DNA of 64,000 nucleotides from a virus (IMGVR_UViG_3300031949_000027:2437-66436); one strand, 5' to 3'. Numbered from the stretch's first letter, positions 27,334 through 37,742 are shown. Notes: generated from the letters alone by a model not told the origin. Numbers and translations are program-made.

Positions 27334-29838
27334 ATGGCAAAGGAAAAGCAAAACTGGAAACCGATTGACCTTATGGATGTTCTTGGTATGGCTTCTAATC
27401 CTGTTAATCCGGGAACCAAGTTTGCCAAACGATTATTGAATGTTTATACTCACGAAAAGCCGGGTGCTTTAACATTAAGACCGGGTTACGCTCCAAAATA
27501 TATCGCTCCAACACATAGCACACTTATAAGCACATCAGTAATAAACTTCGCTCCATTTTTTGATCGTCAGGCAGATCCCGAAGGAGTAGAAATAATTTGT
27601 GATATACAAAAAGGAATTGTCCAAGCATTAGAAGGATTCGGACCGGGAGGCAGAATTGTAGCAAATACAATGGAAGGATTTCAGTTTTGGGTTAGACCTT
27701 ATTGGGACGGAACTCAATGGTTGAATAATTGGCAATGGGTTAATAAAACCATCATAACCATAATTGAACAAGTAGATGCAACATTCAAAACTCACTTCAG
27801 AATCTTTGGAGATTTTCAGGTTCACGGAATAGCAACAGATTCACTTATAGGATGGACGATCTACAATGTAGATAAAGACGAGTATGCGAAAATAATAACT
27901 AATGAAGCAACAGACGTTATCGGTAATTATGGTTACAATGATATTAACATTACTGTATTCTTAAATAGTTGGGAGGTTGATGATGTAATAATAATGTCAA
28001 GAAATTGGATTGATATTGACACTCAGCTTGAATTCTTTAATAACATAGAAAAGGAAGATATTGTATTTCACAGAATAAATAATGATTTAAGAATAGGATT
28101 CGGAGGTAGAGAAAATAGACCGGGCTTGATGGTAGGTTATAGAAAAAACTTTTACAAAACATCAGAACTCGATTTTTCAAATTTTCACCCTGCTCTATTG
28201 TTGCCTGATGTTATAGAAAAATTCTCAAAAACCGATGGAGTTATTGTTGAGAACGCAGTGATAAGCGAACAGGCAAGAAATGATTATGTAATAGGAACAG
28301 AAACAGGAGTAGGCGGGACATTTGCAGCAGGGACTTATAATATAAAAATGACCGTATTGCTTGATAACTATGCAGAGCAATTAGTGGCAGAAAAGAGCGT
28401 AACGATAGGCGATGATTACGATATAAGATTATATGCCTTAGTAAAATTAGGCAGAGAAAGTTTACGTTCAATAAAATTAAAATTTTATTTGAGTCCTGTT
28501 AATGATGATCTAAATTTTTATTTGTATGGCACACAAGACTTAAAGACGATAGATGAATACACACCGGAAGAATTAAAGATCAATGATGGCGGTTATGTTG
28601 TTACGCCAGTATTCAGTCTATCAGGAAGCGGAGAATATTACAATGAAGAAGATGCACTATCAATAACAGATGAAGCAAACACAATCGGAGGATGGCAGAA
28701 TCAATCTCATCCCGATTGGGTATTTTCCTCAATTGATACTTTTACATTTGCTTGGGGAGATATAACGGCACAAAGCGGGACATATTATTTCCTCCTGAGA
28801 AACACTACTGGACTCGCAAGAAATATGAAAATCGTATCACCTTTGATAGCAACAGCGAAAAGAAAATTTACGATAGAATTTTACGCAATACCTGATTTCG
28901 CAACTACAAGCATAAGGGTATCATCAACCGGGACGAGTGAATTTATAGATATATCCATAACTACAAGTGGGAGTTGGGTGCTATGTTCAGCAGAATTAGA
29001 AATACAAGGCTCATTAGTTCTCAGCATAGATGCAGTTAATAATCCTTTAATGATAGGGATAGACAGTCTTACTATTACGCCAACAGAGTCAGTTCAGGCA
29101 GGAACAGAAATAAGTTCTGAAATGGCTTATACACCTACCTTTGATATTGTTAAGGGATGGGATCAAGCATTAGTAAAAAGAGGAAGGGTTTATTATTTGA
29201 ATCCTTATTTGGAAAAAAGATATGAAAACTTTCTTGTTGTATCTCATATAGCTCCTACAAATACTTTTATGTGGGATATAGCATCATTCAGTAACTTCCG
29301 GGAACTCGAGAATAATGACAGCAATACAACAATAGCGATAGAACTTTTACAGAATGATGAGATTTTAATTTTGAAAGATTCATCAGTAACTACTCTTATT
29401 GATGATGGACTTGTAGGAATAATGAGACAGCCGATTTACGGAGTTGATTTAGTTTCAAGAGTATCAATTGTAAACATAAACGGATTAGTATTCTGGTGTG
29501 GGAAAGAGGAAATTTATTTAGTTAATATTGGGAGTTCTTTAATCCCGAAACCACTATTAAAAGATACGATCAGAGACCTATACTTAGCGATTGAAGATAA
29601 GACAAAAATATTTGGGACAAGAAATAGATTTAATACTTTCAGAATCAGGATAAACGATTCAGAACAAAAGACAGAATATTTATTAACAGAGAACGGATGG
29701 GTTGAGGAGAGGAAATGGCATTTCCCTGAAATTTATAGAAGCGGATTTAATAATCTTCTTTATTTTTTGAGTAACGGAATTATCTATGAAGAAAACGTTG
29801 ATTTTTCATTAACCGAAGTTCCCTATGGAGAACCATAA
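27334..29838 (+). CDS. Tail nozzle/stabilisation protein (P22 gp10 or T7 gp12-like, putative)
   Basis: 834 aa, beta-rich, follows the adaptor genes. Confidence 0.55.
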   Translation: MAKEKQNWKPIDLMDVLGMASNPVNPGTKFAKRLLNVYTHEKPGALTLRPGYAPKYIAPTHSTLISTSVINFAPFFDRQADPEGVEIICDIQKGIVQALEGFGPGGRIVANTMEGFQFWVRPYWDGTQWLNNWQWVNKTIITIIEQVDATFKTHFRIFGDFQVHGIATDSLIGWTIYNVDKDEYAKIITNEATDVIGNYGYNDINITVFLNSWEVDDVIIMSRNWIDIDTQLEFFNNIEKEDIVFHRINNDLRIGFGGRENRPGLMVGYRKNFYKTSELDFSNFHPALLLPDVIEKFSKTDGVIVENAVISEQARNDYVIGTETGVGGTFAAGTYNIKMTVLLDNYAEQLVAEKSVTIGDDYDIRLYALVKLGRESLRSIKLKFYLSPVNDDLNFYLYGTQDLKTIDEYTPEELKINDGGYVVTPVFSLSGSGEYYNEEDALSITDEANTIGGWQNQSHPDWVFSSIDTFTFAWGDITAQSGTYYFLLRNTTGLARNMKIVSPLIATAKRKFTIEFYAIPDFATTSIRVSSTGTSEFIDISITTSGSWVLCSAELEIQGSLVLSIDAVNNPLMIGIDSLTITPTESVQAGTEISSEMAYTPTFDIVKGWDQALVKRGRVYYLNPYLEKRYENFLVVSHIAPTNTFMWDIASFSNFRELENNDSNTTIAIELLQNDEILILKDSSVTTLIDDGLVGIMRQPIYGVDLVSRVSIVNINGLVFWCGKEEIYLVNIGSSLIPKPLLKDTIRDLYLAIEDKTKIFGTRNRFNTFRIRINDSEQKTEYLLTENGWVEERKWHFPEIYRSGFNNLLYFLSNGIIYEENVDFSLTEVPYGEP

Positions 29839-30780
29839 ATGACAGATGCCGGACACGGGATACAAATAGATATTCAGAGTGCAGTAATATCAGTATTTGA
29901 ACAATCAAACGCAGCGATTAGGTATAATCTCGGTTACATTTCAGGTGAATTTAATGAAAATATTACATCAGAAAATTTATATGTAAGGATATGGTTCCAG
30001 CGAGGAATCAATTTAGAATGGGAGAACATTCAATTCACGTTAAATGCCGGAAGAAAATCATTCAGGCAAAAACTTCCTGCCGGGCTGACGGTAGCAGCAT
30101 TTTACGCACAGCTTTACGGATGGATAGTCCCGGAAGAAAACAAACCGGATCTGATAGAATTTGAACTAATTGATTTTGAATTATCAATAAAAGAAATACA
30201 GATTGGTAAATACGGAGGCGAGCCATTAGGACTTGCCACAGGAGAAGAACCACCACCACCACCACCGGTTGAAGAATTTTTAATGTATATTGATATTATA
30301 GGAGAAGTAGAGGCTTCAAGTGCAAGAGCGGTATGGTTTACTACACACGAAGCAACAACAAGAGTTATTTATGGGTTGTCGCCAGTAGCAATGACTAACG
30401 AGGTTGAAGATTTAACATTTACGCAATTTCACTCGATCATATTGACTGATCTGGAAGTCAATAGACTTTATTATGCTCAGTTCTTCTCAATAAGTAAAAT
30501 AACAGGAGAGGAAATAAATAGCGATGTTAAGTCATTCTTTACCGGACCGGAATTAACGATAACTAATTTCCTTGATAATCCAGATGTTGATTTTGGAATA
30601 AAAGCAAAAAATGAGTTAGAAATAGCAAACATATTGGGAGAAGCAGATTATTTGCTAACAACTGAACCAGAGGGCGAAGGAGAAATTATTTTTGTAGGTG
30701 GAGATTTCAGCACTCATACAAAAATAGAACTTGCAGTAACAAACATAATCGGGAATGATTTTGACACAATAGTTTCATAA
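29839..30780 (+). CDS. Virion protein with fibronectin-III-like domain
   Basis: ARAVWFTTHEATTRVIYG...HSIILTDLEVNRLYYAQ. Confidence 0.55.
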   Translation: MTDAGHGIQIDIQSAVISVFEQSNAAIRYNLGYISGEFNENITSENLYVRIWFQRGINLEWENIQFTLNAGRKSFRQKLPAGLTVAAFYAQLYGWIVPEENKPDLIEFELIDFELSIKEIQIGKYGGEPLGLATGEEPPPPPPVEEFLMYIDIIGEVEASSARAVWFTTHEATTRVIYGLSPVAMTNEVEDLTFTQFHSIILTDLEVNRLYYAQFFSISKITGEEINSDVKSFFTGPELTITNFLDNPDVDFGIKAKNELEIANILGEADYLLTTEPEGEGEIIFVGGDFSTHTKIELAVTNIIGNDFDTIVS

Positions 30781-30793
30781 AGAGGTAAAATAA

Positions 30794-32263
30794 ATGCAAA
30801 TATTAAATATTAACCAACAGATGCAACCGAGAATGCAGAAGACGATTAAAAAAGAATTGCTGATAAACGGCGGAGATTTAGATTTATATCTTGATATTTT
30901 TCTTACTGAAAAAAATGGTGAGACAAGAAAAATTCTAACGAAGAAAGCAGATAGTATTCTCGCCAATTTTATGAGAATACTTTATATAATGATGGGTAGA
31001 GACGTAAGGAATAATGTTCTTGGAGGGACATTTTACAGATTAGGTCATACATTCACGGGGTCAAGCATTACTAACGTAACTGAAGGAGCGAGTTCAAGAT
31101 TCAGAATACAAGGGACAACAAATTTATTTATTGATTATCCTTCAAATGGTATAATAACACTTGGAGGTTTTAAGGGCATAACTCTCGCAGGCAGATTCAG
31201 TTACAACAAAATTAGTAATTCTATAATAGATATAATCGGGACAACTTACTCCGTAGGATGGACAGCAGGGACAGGCGGAGGTGCGTGTTATTTTCCATTA
31301 ACAGCGATTGGCTATCCAAATTATGCTACATTCAAAAATCAAGGGATAGTTGTAGGAACAGGTGATGAACCAGTAGTGATAGACGATCAACAATTAGATG
31401 CACAAGTGCCAAACGGTTCTGCAAATGGTATGCTCACTTATGGTTCAACTATTGTTTCACAAGACACAAACGACAGCACGTCAGCACAGATAACTATAAC
31501 CAGAACATTTATTAACAATGCTTCAGACTTAGTAGCAGTAAGTGAAATCGGTTATTTAATGCAAGCCGGAGATAGTAATTACGTATTTATGGTAATGAGA
31601 GATATTCTCGGAAGTGTAGTGAATGTAGGTAGCGGAGCAACACTAACAGTAAATTACAGAATAAAGACGGTTCTTGATACAGGCACAGATCCCGGAGGTT
31701 TCCTTGTATCATTTATGAGATTACTTTATAGACATATAGGACAGACGACAAGAGCAATTTTTGATATTGATAATGTCAGTCAAACGTATTATCCAAATCC
31801 GGCATCGTTTCTTGTATCTCATGGTGGAGGTATTACGACAGAAAACCCGGCTACCGGCGAACTTCAAGTAGGTTACAAATTTGGAATAGTATTAGGTAGA
31901 GGGAATTCCGCAGTTGCTATGGGAGACTATTACCTTGAGACCCCTATCGTTCATGGAGAAGGAACAAATGAGATGTTGTATTATGGATGCTTTGTCGAAG
32001 GATTTACAATCGGTGCGGGTTATGCTGAATTTAGTATATTCAAAGCAATAGAAAATAATTCTGGAGTTTCGATAGATGTTGAAGAATATGTTCTTACGGT
32101 TGCTTCTGATGATGCTTCATCATTTAGTGATACTTTTAGAGATTGTGCCAACTTATTTACGATGACAAGAAATGTATTAACAAGCCCGGTAACGGTTGCA
32201 GATCAGGAAATATTAAAAGTTATTTACACTCTAAGATGTGTGGTTCCGGGAAGTTCTTCATAA
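30794..32263 (+). CDS. Tail structural protein with two copies of a GIVxGxG domain
   Basis: GIVVGTGDEPV...ITRTFINN and GIVLGRGNSAV...IFKAIENN. Confidence 0.65.
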   Translation: MQILNINQQMQPRMQKTIKKELLINGGDLDLYLDIFLTEKNGETRKILTKKADSILANFMRILYIMMGRDVRNNVLGGTFYRLGHTFTGSSITNVTEGASSRFRIQGTTNLFIDYPSNGIITLGGFKGITLAGRFSYNKISNSIIDIIGTTYSVGWTAGTGGGACYFPLTAIGYPNYATFKNQGIVVGTGDEPVVIDDQQLDAQVPNGSANGMLTYGSTIVSQDTNDSTSAQITITRTFINNASDLVAVSEIGYLMQAGDSNYVFMVMRDILGSVVNVGSGATLTVNYRIKTVLDTGTDPGGFLVSFMRLLYRHIGQTTRAIFDIDNVSQTYYPNPASFLVSHGGGITTENPATGELQVGYKFGIVLGRGNSAVAMGDYYLETPIVHGEGTNEMLYYGCFVEGFTIGAGYAEFSIFKAIENNSGVSIDVEEYVLTVASDDASSFSDTFRDCANLFTMTRNVLTSPVTVADQEILKVIYTLRCVVPGSSS

Positions 32264-32284
32264 TAAAACAAACAGGAGAACATT

Positions 32285-33025
32285 ATGAAAATAGGTAGAA
32301 AAGAGGGTTGGGAAGTTTCCCTAACAGGTTTCAATGTCGGTGATGTTGGCATAACGCCGGAACAGTTGCCGATGTTTGACCAGATATTAGCTTGGAAAAC
32401 AAAAGGGATGAAGGGAAAGCCGGTTATAAACTTTATTCTTATCTATAATGGCACAGAAGAATTAACACTAACAGAATTTGCTAATACACCGATAGGGACA
32501 GAAATAAGAACCCCAAAAGTAGATGGAATATTTTGTTATTATCACGAAGCAAAATCAAGTCCTGCGTCTGCTGATGATTGGGCGATATTGCCAAAGGATG
32601 TTGATCTGAGTTCAATAATAACAATGCAGGAACAAATCACAGATTTGCAAGGAAAGGTAAGACCATATAAAGTTTATACTGCATTGCTTAGTCAATCGGG
32701 GACGAATGCGCCGGTTGCAACAGTTTCGGAAAACACTATTGGAAATATTGTTTGGAGCAGACAAGGGCAAGGAATATATCATGCAACGCTTAATAATGGT
32801 TTCCCAGAGGGCAAAACAGTTATTACGCCAGAATATATAAATTATATCGGCATGTTCGAAGAAAGTGTATTATACGTGATACCACGAAGAAATTATAGAT
32901 TGAATACAAATGTTATTGAAGTGTTCACAAGTCCTGTTCAAGCAGAAGGTAATCAATTATTGTTTGGCGTATCTTTAGATGGTTACCATAATATATCACC
33001 TTTTGAAATCAGAGTATATCCATAA
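32285..33025 (+). CDS. Virion protein: decoration-like domain fused to a YKVYTALLSQSGT domain
   Basis: N-terminus paralogous to 24939-25271; C-terminal motif recalled from Bacteroidota phage tail proteins. Confidence 0.6.
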   Translation: MKIGRKEGWEVSLTGFNVGDVGITPEQLPMFDQILAWKTKGMKGKPVINFILIYNGTEELTLTEFANTPIGTEIRTPKVDGIFCYYHEAKSSPASADDWAILPKDVDLSSIITMQEQITDLQGKVRPYKVYTALLSQSGTNAPVATVSENTIGNIVWSRQGQGIYHATLNNGFPEGKTVITPEYINYIGMFEESVLYVIPRRNYRLNTNVIEVFTSPVQAEGNQLLFGVSLDGYHNISPFEIRVYP

Positions 33026-33031
33026 AGAAAA

Positions 33032-33157
33032 ATGAAGCATAAAAAAGGACATAAGATAACTTGGTATTATGAATCTGGATTTATTGCCGAGTGTGATAGA
33101 AAAAAATGTATCATCAATAAAATTGCTAAGAAGATAAGAAAAAGGAAAAAGAATTGA
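33032..33157 (+). CDS. 41-aa basic hypothetical protein (absent from track)
   Basis: MKHKKGHK...KRKKN; fills the gap and overlaps the next start. Confidence 0.4.
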   Translation: MKHKKGHKITWYYESGFIAECDRKKCIINKIAKKIRKRKKN

Positions 33158-33519
33158 GTCAGATTGAAGAACAAAAAAAGAAATCGAGTTGGATTTGGTT
33201 AGTGCTATTCGTAGCTGCAATTAGCTACCGGGAAATTCAGATATTGATTGATCGAGGCAGTTGGAATAAAGAAGATTACTGGATTCCATTATGGTATATC
33301 AAATGGACTTCTAAATGGAAAAACTTCGATTCATTTCATTCTATTATGGGATTAGCTGTTTTGTTTTTATTGGAGTTTGCCGTTGCTTATTTACCAACAT
33401 ACTACTTAGGATTTTTACCGGACTGGATTAACTATCAATTATGGGTTATTGTTTATTGGTTAGCTTTGTATCAGTTACGGAATTTATTTATGCACGTAGT
33501 TTTTAAGAAAAGGAAATAA
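33154..33519 (+). CDS. Membrane protein in the lysis module
   Basis: Three hydrophobic segments. Confidence 0.6.
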   Translation: MSQIEEQKKKSSWIWLVLFVAAISYREIQILIDRGSWNKEDYWIPLWYIKWTSKWKNFDSFHSIMGLAVLFLLEFAVAYLPTYYLGFLPDWINYQLWVIVYWLALYQLRNLFMHVVFKKRK

Positions 33520-33520
33520 A

Positions 33521-33763
33521 ATGATTGAAGTGTTATTTACAATAATGACCACAGTATTAAGTTCGCTGGCATTAATATTCCTTAAACACATTACAAAAAA
33601 GATTGATAGATCAAACAATCGTGGGAGGCTGATGAATTACAAAATAGAAACACTTGTGGATTGCACTGCTGATCAGTTTGGCAATGGAAAATTCAGAAAT
33701 AATTTTGATAAAGTATTAGAGAAAAAAATGAAAGAAGACGATTTTATTTATAAAGAGATATGA
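33521..33763 (+). CDS. Holin/antiholin-like single-TM protein
   Basis: N-terminal TM, charged tail, upstream of the endolysin. Confidence 0.5.
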   Translation: MIEVLFTIMTTVLSSLALIFLKHITKKIDRSNNRGRLMNYKIETLVDCTADQFGNGKFRNNFDKVLEKKMKEDDFIYKEI

Positions 33764-33797
33764 AAAAGCAACATCAACAAATAATAAGAGGTATAAA

Positions 33798-34151
33798 ATG
33801 ACACTTACAATGCTGTTCACCCTTGTAGTAATTGCAATACTTGGGATTTTACCTGAACAACTTATCGCTATACTAATGCCAGTAGTGGTATGGTTAGCAT
33901 CAGGATTCGTAAATTGGTTAAAAGCTACGCTTGGCTCAGAAGGATTTGGAGGGACGGTGTTAGTAACACTTATCGTTCCATTGTTATCCCTATTAGCTTC
34001 TTGGTTGGCGGGTTTAATTGTTCCCGATATGAGTTTTTGGGGATTATTTTTCTTAGGACTGATTGGCGTGTATATCAACGAAGTAATCAAACAATGGCAA
34101 CAGTCAGTAACAGGGAAGCAAAAAAAGGTCAAGAAGAATTTAATTGGATAA
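33798..34151 (+). CDS. Holin (putative)
   Basis: Multiple TM helices, basic C-terminus, directly upstream of the endolysin. Confidence 0.65.
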   Translation: MTLTMLFTLVVIAILGILPEQLIAILMPVVVWLASGFVNWLKATLGSEGFGGTVLVTLIVPLLSLLASWLAGLIVPDMSFWGLFFLGLIGVYINEVIKQWQQSVTGKQKKVKKNLIG

Positions 34152-34162
34152 ATAATTTATCA

Positions 34163-34192
34163 AAGGCACTCTCTGAAATATGTGAGTGCCTT
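34163..34192. other. Hairpin between holin and endolysin
   Basis: AAGGCACTC / GAGTGCCTT perfect 9-bp stem, 12-nt loop. Confidence 0.55.
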
Positions 34193-34207
34193 CAATAAAA
34201 GATTATT

Positions 34208-34801
34208 ATGTATAAATACGACAGAGAATCATTTTATAATCATTACCGGAATAGTTTCGGGAAATTAACACAAAAGCAGGTTGAGGGATTAGAATTTCTT
34301 TTGGGAAAACTCGAAAACTCAATAAGAATAGAATCTAATGCCAAACGTGCTTATGTTTTAGCTACAATTAAGTGGGAAACGGCAGACACATTTCAGCCAG
34401 TAACGGAATACGGCTCAATTGCATACTTGAAAAGTAAAAAATACTTCCCTTACATAGGCAGAGGATATGTTCAATTAACTTGGAAAGAGAACTTTAGAAA
34501 ATTTGGCAATGCTCTTAACATTGATTTAGTAAGCAGACCTGAACTTGCGAATGACCATGAGATGGCTTGGAAGATATTAGAAATGGGAATGACGGATAAT
34601 TTCGGTATTCAAGACCCTGATTTTACGAAATACACACTTGAAGATTTTTTTAATAAAGATAAGAGCGATTACTTAAACGCTCGATTGATAATCAATCCGG
34701 GAGACAAAGAGAGCTATGAGCCGATAAAAGTAATTGCGGAAAAATTCTATCATTGTTTAACAGCGAGTATAATCACAGAAAAGGATTTTGATAAATTATG
34801 A
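34208..34801 (+). CDS. Endolysin, glycoside hydrolase family 19
   Basis: AYVLATIKWET..FQPVTE; YIGRGYVQLTWKENF. Confidence 0.9.
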   Translation: MYKYDRESFYNHYRNSFGKLTQKQVEGLEFLLGKLENSIRIESNAKRAYVLATIKWETADTFQPVTEYGSIAYLKSKKYFPYIGRGYVQLTWKENFRKFGNALNIDLVSRPELANDHEMAWKILEMGMTDNFGIQDPDFTKYTLEDFFNKDKSDYLNARLIINPGDKESYEPIKVIAEKFYHCLTASIITEKDFDKL

Positions 34802-35181
34802 AAACAGATATATGGAAAGTATTGATTGTAATACTTCTTGGGATAACATTGTTTTTTGTTATTACCAATTCCTGCAAAGAGCAGCCGGATTTGGAGACAA
34901 TACATCAGGCTTTTGCAGAGAACCAAAGACAGATTGAGAGCATCAACGAGGAAATAAAAGGAATAAGAAAATCAGTTGATGAATCTCTTACACATATAGA
35001 TAGCTTAAATAGATCAAACGAAAAAACAATTAAAAGGTTCGGTTATGAAATATCTCAGATGGATGAAATGTTCAAAAACAGTTCTGATACTTTGCTTGTT
35101 AATGCCGTTATACGGTATTTCTCAGACAGATTCTACAACGAAATACCAGAATTTTTCCAGACAGCAACTCCTAACTTTTGA
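34798..35181 (+). CDS. Spanin-like protein
   Basis: N-terminal hydrophobic anchor ending ITNSC, coiled coil, follows the endolysin. Confidence 0.55.
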   Translation: MKTDIWKVLIVILLGITLFFVITNSCKEQPDLETIHQAFAENQRQIESINEEIKGIRKSVDESLTHIDSLNRSNEKTIKRFGYEISQMDEMFKNSSDTLLVNAVIRYFSDRFYNEIPEFFQTATPNF

Positions 35182-35455
35182 GTTACAGCGAGTAGCGAGG
35201 ATATTTCCACAAGCGGAAAGTTATTATCATCAGAATAAAACAAAAGACGAGATCAATGCCAAACAAAGTGAGGTTATTGACACTCTCTTAGTTGCATTTG
35301 AAAAGACAGAAGTAAGAGAGAAAATATACATCGAACAACTGAAATTGAAGGATGAAGAAATTGAAATTGTAAAGCCTAAATGGTGGCAGGAACCATTAGT
35401 AATAGTTGGGGAAATAATTTTAGCACTTATAACCGGAGTAATGATCGCTAAATGA
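35045..35455 (+). CDS. Second spanin-like protein overlapping the previous gene
   Basis: Signal peptide (start 35045 or 35063), coiled coil, C-terminal TM; Rz/Rz1-like overlap. Confidence 0.55.
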   Translation: MKYLRWMKCSKTVLILCLLMPLYGISQTDSTTKYQNFSRQQLLTFELQRVARIFPQAESYYHQNKTKDEINAKQSEVIDTLLVAFEKTEVREKIYIEQLKLKDEEIEIVKPKWWQEPLVIVGEIILALITGVMIAK

Positions 35456-36198
35456 GATACCGATTTGACAACATACCGAACCTGAATACTGCTTTTGATT
35501 ATTTAGAAGAAGTAATCAAGCAACTAACAGGAAAGAAAGTTTCGGAACTTCCCCTTGTGAATCAAACTCCTGAGATGGCAAGATTTATCAAGAAAGTTTC
35601 AGAGACTTCCTATCAAGAATACATAAAAATTGATGGAGCAATTCGTTTACTTAGTGGAGGAGGTGGAGGTAGTGCATTTATAGAAATGCGAGTTAGCGGA
35701 GGCTTTATACAATGGAGAGACGACCCCGCAGGTGCTTGGACGAACTTAATTGCTATCGCAGACTTACAAGGAGAACCCGGTCCACCCGGACCGCCGGGAA
35801 CAGTAGAAGATGGCGACAAAGGAGATATTACTGTATCAGGCACAGGGACAGTATTCACAATCAACCCAAGTAAAGTTATAGAGACTAAAATTGCTGATAA
35901 TGCAGTAACGGCGAATAAGATTGCGAGTAATGCAGTAGTAGAGGCAAAGATAAATAATAATGAAGTAACAGAAGCTAAACTTAAACTCAGCGACAATACA
36001 ACAGGAGATTTTTCAAATATTAAACACGGATTTGTTCCAAAAGGGCTTGATGATCCAGCAAAGTTTTTAAGAAGTGATGGAACTTGGGCAGCGATTGTAA
36101 TGGCAGGATTATTAACAGCGTCATTGATAGCAGCGATAGTAAACGAAATAAATCCTGTATCTAATTTAAGCACAGTAGTAACTTTAACAGCGAGCTAA
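35452..36198 (+). CDS. Tail fibre-like protein
   Basis: GEPGPPGPPG, DGDKGDITVS, KIADNAVT-type repeats. Confidence 0.7.
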   Translation: MRYRFDNIPNLNTAFDYLEEVIKQLTGKKVSELPLVNQTPEMARFIKKVSETSYQEYIKIDGAIRLLSGGGGGSAFIEMRVSGGFIQWRDDPAGAWTNLIAIADLQGEPGPPGPPGTVEDGDKGDITVSGTGTVFTINPSKVIETKIADNAVTANKIASNAVVEAKINNNEVTEAKLKLSDNTTGDFSNIKHGFVPKGLDDPAKFLRSDGTWAAIVMAGLLTASLIAAIVNEINPVSNLSTVVTLTAS

Positions 36199-36200
36199 AA

Positions 36201-36788
36201 ATGAAAGTGCAAATATATGTAAGGCTTGATGAGTGCGATCTAAATGGAAAGGTGATCAGGAAAGGCAGATATAAAAAAGCAAATTCACTTGTGCAGGCAT
36301 TTATGGCATACTTAGCAGCAAGCCATATTACAGGCTCTGTTACAAATGTTCCCGATACGTCTAATACAAATAGAACTCTCAATTTTGCAGTCAATCCATT
36401 ATCTTGGTGGGGTGGAACAGGCGGGAAAGCAGTAGGAGGGATTACTGCTTATGGGATTGTTGCGGGGATAGGGACAAATGCAGTTGCAATTACAAATTAC
36501 TCACTTCAAACTTTAATTGCTCATGGAACAGGTGCGGGACAGTTAACTTACGGGGCAATGGTTGAAACAAGTTCTTGGACTGTTTCAGGTAGTGCATCAT
36601 TTTTTGAAGCCACACGAACACTAATAAATAATTCAGCAGGAAATATTACAATAGAAGAAATTGGATTTATTGTAAATCTTTCCTCCACAACGCATAGATT
36701 TTTATGGGACAGAACCTTAACCGGAGGTTACACTGTAAACGTAGGTGCGGGAGTAATAATAAATTACAAATGGCAGATAAGCGTGTAA
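36201..36788 (+). CDS. Tail protein, paralog of the repeated domain in 30794-32263
   Basis: GIVAGIGTNAV...GQLTYG...TRTLINNS..ITIEEIG. Confidence 0.65.
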   Translation: MKVQIYVRLDECDLNGKVIRKGRYKKANSLVQAFMAYLAASHITGSVTNVPDTSNTNRTLNFAVNPLSWWGGTGGKAVGGITAYGIVAGIGTNAVAITNYSLQTLIAHGTGAGQLTYGAMVETSSWTVSGSASFFEATRTLINNSAGNITIEEIGFIVNLSSTTHRFLWDRTLTGGYTVNVGAGVIINYKWQISV

Positions 36789-37135
36789 TGAAAATCAGAG
36801 CAGGGAAACAGGAAGACTTAGAGCAACTAATGAAATTAGCAGAAAAGCATAATATACTTTTACCGGGAGAAGGAACAATATTCGTTGCTGAAACAGAAGC
36901 GGGAAAGATAGAAGGTTTTGTAAATATGAGATCGGTGATGATGATCGAGCCGTTTATTTGTGAGAATCCTTTGGTAGCGAACAAGATATGGGAATACATA
37001 AAAGAAAGATCAGAAAAAGGAAACATTAAAATATTACGATGCTTCGCTCAGAAGAAACATACGAAGTTATTCAAAAGACTTGGTTTTTATCGTATATTTG
37101 CGAAAAATATACCATTAGAAATTAACTTTTATTAA
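36788..37135 (+). CDS. GNAT-fold protein
   Basis: MKIRAGKQEDLEQL...LFKRLGF; position before ejection genes as for P22 gp14 or T7 gp13; start 36788 preferred. Confidence 0.65.
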   Translation: MKIRAGKQEDLEQLMKLAEKHNILLPGEGTIFVAETEAGKIEGFVNMRSVMMIEPFICENPLVANKIWEYIKERSEKGNIKILRCFAQKKHTKLFKRLGFYRIFAKNIPLEINFY

Positions 37136-37150
37136 AAAGGAGATGATAAT

Positions 37151-37741
37151 ATGGCAGGACCATCAAAACAAGAACAGGCTTCCCAAAGTTATTATGATGA
37201 AATAGGCGGACTTAAAACAGATGTAAAAAATAGATTTGACAACTATAAAGATCCCTTCGATTACGGTCAAATATCAAAAAATGTAGAAGATGTTTACGGC
37301 GGATATGAAGACATAATCAACCGGGACACAGCAGAGCAGATCGCAAAACAGCAAGCGGGAGCGGGTTCTTCTTTGGCATCAAGAGGGATTACAGGAGGTT
37401 CGGTATTAACAGACACACAATCCGGGATAGCTTCTAATATCAACAAAGGGAAAATGAACGCTCTTTCAAATCTTGGAATAGGGAAATCTTCTGCCTTAAC
37501 TGATTTAATGGAATATTTCAATCAATTAAAGTTTGGGAAAGAACAGGCAGCAACAGGAGTTGATTTTGGGAATATAGGAAATCTATTCAGGAAATTCGGA
37601 TTAAAGGGCGGAGCGATAGCAGGACTCGAAGACGATACTTGGCTTGATGATATCTTAGGAATAGCCAAGACTGCGAGTGGTTTCATACCGGGAATTGGCA
37701 GTCTAATGGGCAGTGGTGCAGCAACAGGAGGAGGAGGATAA
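37151..37741 (+). CDS. DNA ejection/pilot protein (putative)
   Basis: Gly/Ala/Ser-rich (LASRGITGGSV); synteny. Confidence 0.6.
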   Translation: MAGPSKQEQASQSYYDEIGGLKTDVKNRFDNYKDPFDYGQISKNVEDVYGGYEDIINRDTAEQIAKQQAGAGSSLASRGITGGSVLTDTQSGIASNINKGKMNALSNLGIGKSSALTDLMEYFNQLKFGKEQAATGVDFGNIGNLFRKFGLKGGAIAGLEDDTWLDDILGIAKTASGFIPGIGSLMGSGAATGGGG

Positions 37742-37742
37742 A

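Noticed and set aside
27189-27368. 59-aa ORF in the gap before the large tail gene
   Set aside because: No SD, start lies inside the palindrome, and it overlaps the next gene by 35 nt; cannot be supported
35767-35800. Collagen-like repeat as a novelty
   Set aside because: Only about three Gly-X-Y triplets, which is common in tail fibres
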